Shown here piece after piece: positions 9,355 through 21,724 of a stretch of DNA of 61,193 nucleotides. Source of the DNA: an uncultured Alphaproteobacteria bacterium (GTDB lineage Bacteria; Pseudomonadota; Alphaproteobacteria; RF32; CAG-239); NCBI GenBank assembly GCA_944391695.1, contig CALXUO010000011.1, positions 1 through 61,193 on the forward strand. The letters run 5' to 3'. Position 1 is the first letter of the stretch, and every line of letters begins with the position of its first letter. A program made the translations under genes and the position numbers. The notes beneath the pieces are model-generated. The model worked only from the letters and a program-made list of their open reading frames with translations, searched no databases and had not been told where the DNA came from.

Positions 9355-9657
9355 CTACTTAGCAGCTACATCGGTAATTTTAACCAATGTAACATTCTGT
9401 CTGTGACCGTTTTTACGGCGATAATTTTGTCTTCTTTTCTTTTTGAAAATAATGACTTTGGCATCTTTAGCCTGTTTCAACACGGTTGCTTTAACCGAAG
9501 CGCCTTGAATCAAAGGATTACCGATTTTATCGCCCAAAGCCAAAACTTCGTTAAAGATAACCTCTTTACCTTCTTCTCCGGCAATTTTTTCAATCTTGAT
9601 TACATCACCCGATGTAACGCGATATTGCTTACCGCCGGTTTTAATTACTGCATACAT
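9355..9657 (-). CDS. rplU: 50S ribosomal protein L21
   Basis: MYAVIKTGGKQY, FKKKRRQNYRRKNGHRQ. Confidence 0.98.
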   Translation of the reverse strand: MYAVIKTGGKQYRVTSGDVIKIEKIAGEEGKEVIFNEVLALGDKIGNPLIQGASVKATVLKQAKDAKVIIFKKKRRQNYRRKNGHRQNVTLVKITDVAAK

Positions 9658-9736
9658 GTTCTTTCACCTTTATATTTAAAAACATAAAACGTTGCTTGCA
9701 ATATACATAAGTTTTTAGCGCTGTCAACAAGAATCT

Positions 9737-10219
9737 CTATCTTTTTGTATTTTTCTTTAGTGTTTCGTGGCTCTTTTTTAATGCTCTGTATAACTCGGGA
9801 CGCATAAACTTACCTTGCCAAATTCCTCTTTTTGCGGCTTGAGCTTCTCTTTCTTCTTTTCTGTACCTATCGCTGTAGGCAACAGCCTGCCCTTGCCTTA
9901 CCATTTCTTGCCCGATATTTATTCCGCTTGCACTAAAGCAGTCCATCAACGACCGCCCGTATCTGTCCTGCCCGAAGCGTTCACATCTGACATTTCCCTC
10001 AACCAGTTTACGCAAATATTCTTTTGCTTCAAATCCGCAACGATATTGCCATCCGCTTCCGTCATAACATTTTTGCAAAAACTCCGGTGCATCGATATCA
10101 AGGATTCGGATTCTCTCACCCTGATATTCCAAACTGTCGCCATCCACCACAACAAATCCGCTGGCAGCTTGGCAAACCGAAGCCCCTAACAATAACGCGG
10201 CAAAAACAAATTTATTCAT
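9737..10219 (-). CDS. Secreted thermonuclease (SNase family)
   Basis: Signal peptide MNKFVFAALLLGASVCQA, VVDGDSL, IRILDIDAPE, DRYGRSL, GIWQG; ATG 10219 preferred to 10300. Confidence 0.92.
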   Translation of the reverse strand: MNKFVFAALLLGASVCQAASGFVVVDGDSLEYQGERIRILDIDAPEFLQKCYDGSGWQYRCGFEAKEYLRKLVEGNVRCERFGQDRYGRSLMDCFSASGINIGQEMVRQGQAVAYSDRYRKEEREAQAAKRGIWQGKFMRPELYRALKKSHETLKKNTKR

Positions 10220-10378
10220 CTTTTTTTTCCTTCTCAGCATTGCAGATGTAGTTTGCCTCCATAATAGCTCAAAGACAAGCCGAAAAACAAAAAAATCCAT
10301 AGAATAACCTTAAAAAAAACTTTGTATTTCAGCGCATCTGTCCTAATATAGGTTATATTTTAGATTGAGGATATCAAA

Positions 10379-11245
10379 ATGTTATATAACAAAATGCGCG
10401 TATTTATGTTGCTTATTGCTGTTTTTGGGCTTTGCGGCTGTGAGTATATCCGCAACGCCACCGGCAAAGATTTTTTCACTTTTAATTGGAAAAGCACCTC
10501 GTACAAGCCCGAACAAACTCAAGAACGCAAAGTTGTTCTGCCCCAACAATCGTCCTCAATTGTAGTTTGCCGTTCGCATCAATGTGCTCCGGCCCAACTT
10601 TCGATGTCGCGCGAATATATTTTCAATTCGCTTATGCAGCTTTTTGATAACAACAATTATCAAAAAGTTTTGACCTGCCAAGCAGATTCACAATCTCACA
10701 CTTGTCTTGAAAATTACATTACTTTACCAATAACCGTTGGCGCCGTCCCCACCAATGCTTACATTGATTATATCAAAATATCCGACGTAATCATAAACGA
10801 GCAAGGCAATGCCCTCAATCTTATACTTAACTACAACATAACCTATGGTGGACAAGTCGCGGAATGCACTCCGTCACAATCAATATTATTTGCCAAAAAG
10901 ATTAACCACGTCATTCTTGAAGATTCTGGTTACAACTGCAAAATGACCGCCATCGGCACAACCAACGTAAAGACCGTATTTGCAATTGATTACATCGACC
11001 TAGATTATGGTTATATTGGCGGAGCATATTCGATTGGTTTTTCTGGCCCGGCCTATGGCGGCGGCAACGGCTACATGCTGCTGCGTTTAAAAAACAACGC
11101 CTACCCGCTTTCTCCGGCTCTGATGGGGCAAGATCAAAGCAAATCCCCCAAATCGGGATCAGCTTCAACAGCTGCCGCTAAAAAACCAACTGTTGAAAAC
11201 ACCGAAGTTGAGATATTCCCGATTTTGCCTAAAAAAGCAAACTAG
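10379..11245 (+). CDS. Hypothetical Cys-rich lipoprotein
   Basis: Lipobox-like VFGLCGC, 288-aa ORF, six further Cys, S/A/K-rich tail. Confidence 0.75.
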   Translation: MLYNKMRVFMLLIAVFGLCGCEYIRNATGKDFFTFNWKSTSYKPEQTQERKVVLPQQSSSIVVCRSHQCAPAQLSMSREYIFNSLMQLFDNNNYQKVLTCQADSQSHTCLENYITLPITVGAVPTNAYIDYIKISDVIINEQGNALNLILNYNITYGGQVAECTPSQSILFAKKINHVILEDSGYNCKMTAIGTTNVKTVFAIDYIDLDYGYIGGAYSIGFSGPAYGGGNGYMLLRLKNNAYPLSPALMGQDQSKSPKSGSASTAAAKKPTVENTEVEIFPILPKKAN

Positions 11246-12294
11246 ACGCCATAAGAAAAATATTTAACACTTTCATACACGACAATTCTTTCCACTCCTG
11301 AGAACATAAGTGTTCTTTGTCCATAAATAACTCTGCCGTCAAAAGAAGGCAACCGGCCGTTTCTGATTTGATATTCTCTGACATCTTGCAAATTCATAAG
11401 CATTCCGTCAGCAAACTGGACTTGCCACCCATAAGTATCATAGCCAACATTAATATGCAATGTTTTGCATTCCTCATCAGCCTCAAAAGTAGAACTCTCA
11501 AAATTTCTATCTATCTCAAAACACTTGTCCTTCAGTTCGCCGCTATACCACTTCAAAAATCCTATCTTTTTGCTTTCCGCTGACGATTCCTGCTGATTTT
11601 TTTCTTCTTCCAAAACTGCAGTAACAATATCTTTATCTCTGTTTTCTGGCATTACCTCATTATTTTGAGCAAAAAACTCCTGGCGTTCAGCCTCTATATC
11701 TTCATTTTCTGAGTCTTCCTTCTCCAGTGGGGCCATATTGTCTGACACCTCCGGTATATTTGTATTATCGAGCACCTCTTCTTCAAAAAACTGTTCTCTT
11801 TCTTTTTTTATAGCATCATCATCAACAACATCTTCATAGTTTTCTGACACAACATCATTATTATTTTCAGAAACAATATCACTCTCATCACCCATTGCCT
11901 CATCTTCAACATCAGAACTCAATGTCTGCTCAACTGTTTCCGGCATATCCTGCACTTGCTCTTTAATATCCTGATTTTCAAAAATATCAAAATCTTCTTG
12001 AGCAGGTTTATTTTCGGCCGCAACATTTTCTTCATCGCCTATTGCATCAGATATACTGCCATCATCAACATCCTCAGTCTTTTCATTATCATCGACACCG
12101 GCCTCTGTCAAAACATCACCCAAATCAAAATCGGCTTCTTTCAAAATATCGGCATCGGGCAAATCAGTACTTTCAAGCAAAGCATCATTTTCCGCCCCTT
12201 CCTTGTTTGAGCTGTCATCTTTTAGCAATTCATCAAAATTAAAATCGTCTAAATTAATATCATCAACCGAATTTTCTTCATCAACCATAGCCAT
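11242..12294 (-). CDS. Hypothetical protein: very acidic low-complexity N-terminal region plus ~105-aa globular C-terminal domain
   Basis: 350-aa ORF with SD AGGA; D/E-rich up to about residue 240, then an aromatic-rich domain. Confidence 0.85.
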   Translation of the reverse strand: MAMVDEENSVDDINLDDFNFDELLKDDSSNKEGAENDALLESTDLPDADILKEADFDLGDVLTEAGVDDNEKTEDVDDGSISDAIGDEENVAAENKPAQEDFDIFENQDIKEQVQDMPETVEQTLSSDVEDEAMGDESDIVSENNNDVVSENYEDVVDDDAIKKEREQFFEEEVLDNTNIPEVSDNMAPLEKEDSENEDIEAERQEFFAQNNEVMPENRDKDIVTAVLEEEKNQQESSAESKKIGFLKWYSGELKDKCFEIDRNFESSTFEADEECKTLHINVGYDTYGWQVQFADGMLMNLQDVREYQIRNGRLPSFDGRVIYGQRTLMFSGVERIVVYESVKYFSYGV

Positions 12295-12304
12295 TTTCCT
12301 TTAA

Positions 12305-13666
12305 TTAAAGCGGCAGTTCAATAACGACTCTCAAACCGCCGAGCGGCCCGCCGTCCAAAAAGATTTTACCTCCGTGCGCCGTAATAATATCCTTGGTGAT
12401 TGCCAGCCCCAGACCTATTCCACCGGTTTCTTTATTGCGCGAATTTTCCAACCGATAAAAGGCCTTAAAAACATCTTCTCTTTTATCTTTTGGTATTCCC
12501 GGCCCATTATCATCAATCACAATTTTAATTCTTTTATTATCACCCTCCAACCTCACCTCAATTTTTTTGCCATATCTGCAGGCATTACCCACAATATTGG
12601 TAACGGCGCGCCGCAAAGCTTGTTCTTTTGCAACAATTTCCAAATCTTTTTGCTTGGCCAAAAACTTTATTTTTGCTTTCTGCCAGGCAAAACGTTTAAC
12701 AACATCTTTCACTAGCTTATAAACATTAAGCTTAACAGGAGCTTCGTCGCCTTCGCCTCTGACAAACGACAAATAACCGTTAAGCATTTTTTCCATTTCA
12801 TCAATATCGGCCAAAAAATCCTTTTGATCTTGGGAGTTTTCGGTCATTGCCAACATCAATTTCATTCTGGTCAACGGCGTGCGCAAATCATGAGAAATAC
12901 CAGCCAACATTTGTGTTCTTTCCATAATTTGTTTTAAGATTCGCTCTTTCATTTTAATAAATGCAAATCCGGCTTTTCTAACCTCCGACGAGCCATAAGG
13001 CTTAAATCCGTCATCATCAATTCCTTTACCAAAATTTTCTGCCGTCTGAGCCAAATCAGCAATAGCTCTGACCTGAATTCGCAAAAACAAAACCGAGACC
13101 AAAAACAACAAAATCGATGTTGCCACCATCCAAACCACAAACATAAAAATTGATGAAGAAAATATTTTCTTTTTGGAGCAAACAAATTGATAAACATAAT
13201 TATCTTTTTCCACAAAAATAATCAAATCACTATTATTATCTTTATCATTATCTAGCAAAATACTCCATTCATCTTTGCCAAACACCGTTTCCAAAGCCTC
13301 TTTCAAATAGGCCACGACAATCGGATTAGCCTTAAATTTTCTTTTTATTTTATCTCCTTGTTTTGCATCATAAACCTTAAAATCGATTTGAAACCCCTGT
13401 CTCGCTAAATTTTGCAAATCCTCAAGCGGCATACCGTCTTCTTTCAATCTTATGATAACAGCGATATCATCCACCAGATTCTCCGACAATCTACGCCCCA
13501 TCCGGCTCCAACTACCGTCAAAGAACACCACCACCGACACAACCTGCACCACAATCAACGGCACAAAAATAAGCATCATTGTTCTAAAAAACAATGTTCT
13601 TGGCAGCAACTTATGTCGCCAAAACCTCAATTTATTTTCCAATTTCTGGGGCAACCTTATATGCAA
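12305..13666 (-). CDS. EnvZ-like sensor histidine kinase
   Basis: Two TM helices, HAMP region, H-box ISHDLRTPLTR, N-box NIVGNACRY, DDNGPGIP, GIGLGLAI. Confidence 0.93.
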   Translation of the reverse strand: MHIRLPQKLENKLRFWRHKLLPRTLFFRTMMLIFVPLIVVQVVSVVVFFDGSWSRMGRRLSENLVDDIAVIIRLKEDGMPLEDLQNLARQGFQIDFKVYDAKQGDKIKRKFKANPIVVAYLKEALETVFGKDEWSILLDNDKDNNSDLIIFVEKDNYVYQFVCSKKKIFSSSIFMFVVWMVATSILLFLVSVLFLRIQVRAIADLAQTAENFGKGIDDDGFKPYGSSEVRKAGFAFIKMKERILKQIMERTQMLAGISHDLRTPLTRMKLMLAMTENSQDQKDFLADIDEMEKMLNGYLSFVRGEGDEAPVKLNVYKLVKDVVKRFAWQKAKIKFLAKQKDLEIVAKEQALRRAVTNIVGNACRYGKKIEVRLEGDNKRIKIVIDDNGPGIPKDKREDVFKAFYRLENSRNKETGGIGLGLAITKDIITAHGGKIFLDGGPLGGLRVVIELPL

Positions 13667-13680
13667 CAGTCATCTCCCTT

Positions 13681-14376
13681 TTAATCCGGCAGCAACATAT
13701 ATCCCTTCCCGCGCAGGGTCTGCAAATAGCGCGGATTTTTAGAATCTCTTTCAATTTTTTTGCGCAAGCGTGTAATCTGAACATCAATCGACCTTGGCGA
13801 CTGTCCCGCGCCCAATATTTCAGAGAGTTTTTCTCTCGAAAACACCTGCCCGCTTTTAGCACCCAACACGCAAAGCAAACTTTGTTCCACCGGAGTTATA
13901 TGCAACACCTCTCCTTTTTTTGACACCAATTCTTTGGTCTGCATATTAAACTCATATTGTCCCAAATCCAAACAAGCGTTATCTTTTTTTTCCTCCGGAG
14001 CTCGTTTTAGTATACTTGCTATTCTAAGCAGCAGCTCTTTAGGCTCAAACGGTTTGGCCACATAATCATCAGCACCAGTTTCCAACCCAACAATTCTATC
14101 TTCCACATTTCCCATAGCCGTCAACATAACTACCGGCACGGCATTTTCCTGCCGCAACTTGTGCAAAAATTCCAAGCCGTTTTCTTTAGGCATCATAATA
14201 TCAACAATCAGCAAATTAAATTTATATTGCTTCATCATAAAGCGAGCTTCTTCGGCATCTTTAGCAGTTGATACCAAAAACGAATTTTCGCGCAAAAACC
14301 TCTGCAAGAGATTGCGCAACCTCGTATCATCGTCAACCACCAGAATATGTTTTAATTCCTGTTCTGTTACCGCCAT
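13681..14376 (-). CDS. OmpR-family response regulator
   Basis: VVDDD, DIMMP phospho-Asp, GADDYVAKPF, winged helix RSIDVQITRLRKKIE...GKGY. Confidence 0.95.
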   Translation of the reverse strand: MAVTEQELKHILVVDDDTRLRNLLQRFLRENSFLVSTAKDAEEARFMMKQYKFNLLIVDIMMPKENGLEFLHKLRQENAVPVVMLTAMGNVEDRIVGLETGADDYVAKPFEPKELLLRIASILKRAPEEKKDNACLDLGQYEFNMQTKELVSKKGEVLHITPVEQSLLCVLGAKSGQVFSREKLSEILGAGQSPRSIDVQITRLRKKIERDSKNPRYLQTLRGKGYMLLPD

Positions 14377-14390
14377 CTAAGAAATCGCCT

Positions 14391-15056
14391 CTAAGCTTTT
14401 TTTCCACTTTTTTTAGCTTTAGTCTTTTTAGTTTTTTGTTTCTTGATAACTTTATTTTTTAATTTGCTCAAATTAATCTTAGGCAGTTCCGGAACCTTGG
14501 CACATTTTTCGATCTCGGAAACATAGTCCAAACTTTTCTGAAAATATTGATATCCGGTAATAAAAGTAAGCACTCCGGCAATCCACAGCAAAATCTCGCC
14601 AATACCGCCCCAATACCAAACACCTTTCAACAACATCATCGACAAAGCCGTCATCTGAAATCCGGTTTTCCATTTAGCCAAGCGTGTAACCGGCAATCCG
14701 GCGTTAACCTCGCGCAAAAACTCTCTCAATCCCGAGACCAAAATTTCGCGGCACAAAATAACGATTACCGGAATAAAACTTATTTTATATTCCATCATCC
14801 CCGGTTTTGCCAACAACACCACCAAAGCCGAAGTAACCAACAGTTTATCGGCAATCGGGTCAAGCAAGCGTCCCAAAGCCGATGTTTCGCCTCTGGCTCT
14901 GGCCAAATAGCCATCAAAATAATCGGTAATTGAAGCAATGATAAACAACACAGCGGCAATGATAGCCCACCACATCGAAGTTATATAAACCGACAAAAAG
15001 ATTGCCGGAATTACCACAATCCTAGAGATTGTAAGCAAATTAGGAAGATTATACAT
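14391..15056 (-). CDS. pgsA: CDP-diacylglycerol--glycerol-3-phosphate 3-phosphatidyltransferase
   Basis: NLPNLLTISR, TDYFDGYLAR...GRLLDPIADKLL, REILVSGLRE; conserved uvrC-pgsA order. Confidence 0.96.
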   Translation of the reverse strand: MYNLPNLLTISRIVVIPAIFLSVYITSMWWAIIAAVLFIIASITDYFDGYLARARGETSALGRLLDPIADKLLVTSALVVLLAKPGMMEYKISFIPVIVILCREILVSGLREFLREVNAGLPVTRLAKWKTGFQMTALSMMLLKGVWYWGGIGEILLWIAGVLTFITGYQYFQKSLDYVSEIEKCAKVPELPKINLSKLKNKVIKKQKTKKTKAKKSGKKA

Positions 15057-15109
15057 CTCACTTGTCCTCATCAAAAAAATTAACTTTTCCTCATACTAGG
15101 ACATTATTT

Positions 15110-16915
15110 TCAATTATGGAAGTAGTTATAAATCTTTTCCGCTATTTTTTTACTTATTCCCTCAACCTTTTGCAAATCTGCCAAAGTTGCCTCTTTTACA
15201 TCTTGTGCCGAGCCAAAATATTTCAGCAAATCGGCTTTGCGCTTAGCCCCAATTCCTTCCACCTCATCCAGCATTGACTTATACATAGACTTTGCTCTTT
15301 TTTTGCGGTGTGTACCAATGGCAAAGCGGTGTGCCTCATCACGCAAATTTTGCAAATAAAAAGCCAACGGCGAGCGATATTCAAGCTCAAAACTTGCTTT
15401 ATCTTTCATATGATAAAACTCTTTTCCGGCGTTTCTCTCCGGCCCCTTGGATATGGCAATAATTTCAATTCCTTGCAGATCATATCCCTCCAACGCCTCA
15501 TAAACTGCGTTTAATTGCCCTCGTCCGCCGTCAAGCAAAATAACATCAGGTTTATTTTCTTTGGTCATTTTATCAAACCTGCGTTTTAACACTTCACGCA
15601 TCATGGCAAAATCATCATGGGTGTTGTCGGTATATTTGATATTAAAGGTGCGATAATTTTTCTTATCAAAACCATCGGGCGTTGCCACAATCATTGCCCC
15701 GATGGCATAACTTCCCTGGTTATGTGAGTTATCATACACTTCAATTCGTTTAGGGATATCAGGCAAACCAAACTTCTCACAAAACGCCGTCAAATTGTTT
15801 TTAACCGACGCCTCCATAGCCACCTTGCGCCTTATGGCATCAATGGCGTTTTGGCAGGCAAACTGCAATAGCTTAAGCTTGTTGCCGCCTTTTGGCAAAG
15901 TTATTTTGACCTGCAACGCTTCCTGCCAAAATTCTTTATTTTCAATTTCCTCACCCACGATTATTTCTTTTGCCGGCACATGATTGGCATAAAACTCGCT
16001 CAAAAAAGCTTCCAACACATCTTTTTTCTCGGCCTCTTCGGTCTGTGTCGGAAAATACACCGCATTGCCGCAGTTTTGTCCTGCCCTGATAAAAAATATC
16101 TCCACCGCAAACAGATTGCTTTCTTTGGCCACCGCCACAATATCGACAGATTTCAAACCTGAATATTCAACATTTTGCCTTGCCTGTACCATACTCAGCG
16201 CTCTTATGCGGTCTCGCAAAACCAAAGCCGTTTCATAATTTTGAGCCTTGCTTGCTTTTTCCATTTGCTCCGACAGTTCTTTTTGAATTTCAATGTTTTT
16301 CCCTTCCAAAAAAGCAATGGCTTTTTTCACCAAATCTCCATAATCATCAACGCTGATTTTGCCCACACAAGGCGCCGAGCAACGCTTAATTTGATACATC
16401 AAACAAGGCCGCCTACGATTTTTAAACACATTATCTCGACATGAGCGCAGCAAAAACACCTTTTGCAACACATCCAACGCCTCATTCACCGCTCCCACAC
16501 TGGCAAACGGCCCAAAATATTTGTTTTTGTCTTTGCGCACTCCGCGATATTTGGAAAGCTTGGGAAATTCTGCCTCGACATCAATCATCAGATAGGGAAA
16601 CGTTTTGTCGTCTTTAAGCAAAATATTATAGCGCGGCGAGTATTTTTTTATCAGCTCGTTTTCCACCAACAATGCCCGCGCTTCCGTATCCACCACAATA
16701 AATTCCATATGGTCTATTTGCGCCACCATTTGTTGTAATCTGTTCGGCAATTTATTAAGATGCGAATACGCGACAATTCTTTTTTTGATATTTTTGGCTT
16801 TGCCGACATAAAGCACCACCCCTTTATCGTCAATCATCCGATAGACGCCGGGTTTTTCCGGTGCTATTTTGATATGTGCTTTTAAGTTTTCCAGTCCTTT
16901 TTTGATATCCAACAT
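15110..16915 (-). CDS. uvrC: Excinuclease ABC subunit C
   Basis: GIY-YIG region PGVY...YVGKAKN, CSAPC, YDNSH, LLDGG, RDEAHRFA, HhH GIG motifs. Confidence 0.98.
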   Translation of the reverse strand: MLDIKKGLENLKAHIKIAPEKPGVYRMIDDKGVVLYVGKAKNIKKRIVAYSHLNKLPNRLQQMVAQIDHMEFIVVDTEARALLVENELIKKYSPRYNILLKDDKTFPYLMIDVEAEFPKLSKYRGVRKDKNKYFGPFASVGAVNEALDVLQKVFLLRSCRDNVFKNRRRPCLMYQIKRCSAPCVGKISVDDYGDLVKKAIAFLEGKNIEIQKELSEQMEKASKAQNYETALVLRDRIRALSMVQARQNVEYSGLKSVDIVAVAKESNLFAVEIFFIRAGQNCGNAVYFPTQTEEAEKKDVLEAFLSEFYANHVPAKEIIVGEEIENKEFWQEALQVKITLPKGGNKLKLLQFACQNAIDAIRRKVAMEASVKNNLTAFCEKFGLPDIPKRIEVYDNSHNQGSYAIGAMIVATPDGFDKKNYRTFNIKYTDNTHDDFAMMREVLKRRFDKMTKENKPDVILLDGGRGQLNAVYEALEGYDLQGIEIIAISKGPERNAGKEFYHMKDKASFELEYRSPLAFYLQNLRDEAHRFAIGTHRKKRAKSMYKSMLDEVEGIGAKRKADLLKYFGSAQDVKEATLADLQKVEGISKKIAEKIYNYFHN

Positions 16916-16991
16916 TTTTTGCTTTTTCCTTCAAGCCAAAATTATTAAGCATTTTTATTTTTTTTGCAAGGTTATCTGTTTTTAAAAAACC

Positions 16992-17025
16992 AAAAGCGTT
17001 GATAGTTCAAATATCAACGCTTTTT
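16992..17025. terminator. Terminator after the hypothetical gene
   Basis: 13-bp inverted repeat AAAAGCGTTGATA / TATCAACGCTTTT. Confidence 0.8.
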
Positions 17026-17028
17026 CGG

Positions 17029-17406
17029 TTACTTTTTTTCTCTCTCGACAATTGCCTTATACATTTCGGCAATTTTTTCATCTTCTTTGTCGGCATTATT
17101 GGCAAAATCCTCTGCTTTTTTGCTAAATTCCTGCAAAATATCCTCAGGATTTTTAAATTCCCTAAAGAAAAACATGTCATGAATATCATCCATCAACGCT
17201 TCTTTACAGGCTTTTTCATGTTGCAGCTCTTCAATTACTTTCAATTGTTCAATCAGCCGCATCAGACAGCTTACATTCCGTTCCAGCAAATCCGACTGCT
17301 CACATTTGCATCGACCTTTTTTTTCCGAAGTTTTGCAAATCATAAAAATTGCCCATGCCACAACCAAAGACAAACATACAAATAATACAATAAAAGATGC
17401 TACCAT
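17029..17406 (-). CDS. Hypothetical membrane-anchored helical protein
   Basis: N-terminal hydrophobic helix then E/K-rich region; flanked by terminators. Confidence 0.7.
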   Translation of the reverse strand: MVASFIVLFVCLSLVVAWAIFMICKTSEKKGRCKCEQSDLLERNVSCLMRLIEQLKVIEELQHEKACKEALMDDIHDMFFFREFKNPEDILQEFSKKAEDFANNADKEDEKIAEMYKAIVEREKK

Positions 17407-17489
17407 AATAAAATAATATTTAAATTAAACATAAATTCATAATTACAAAACTGCTTTCTTCTATAACCTTTTTTTATACAAAAATCACC

Positions 17490-17524
17490 AAAAAAGCTCT
17501 CACCTCACGGCAAGAGCTTTTTTT
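17490..17524 (-). terminator. rpoC terminator
   Basis: AAAAAAGCTCT...AGAGCTTTTTT inverted repeat just after the stop. Confidence 0.8.
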
Positions 17525-17542
17525 GCTTAATTATTTCAAACC

Positions 17543-21709
<4,167 letters not shown>

Positions 21710-21724
21710 CTAACTCCTTCTTAA

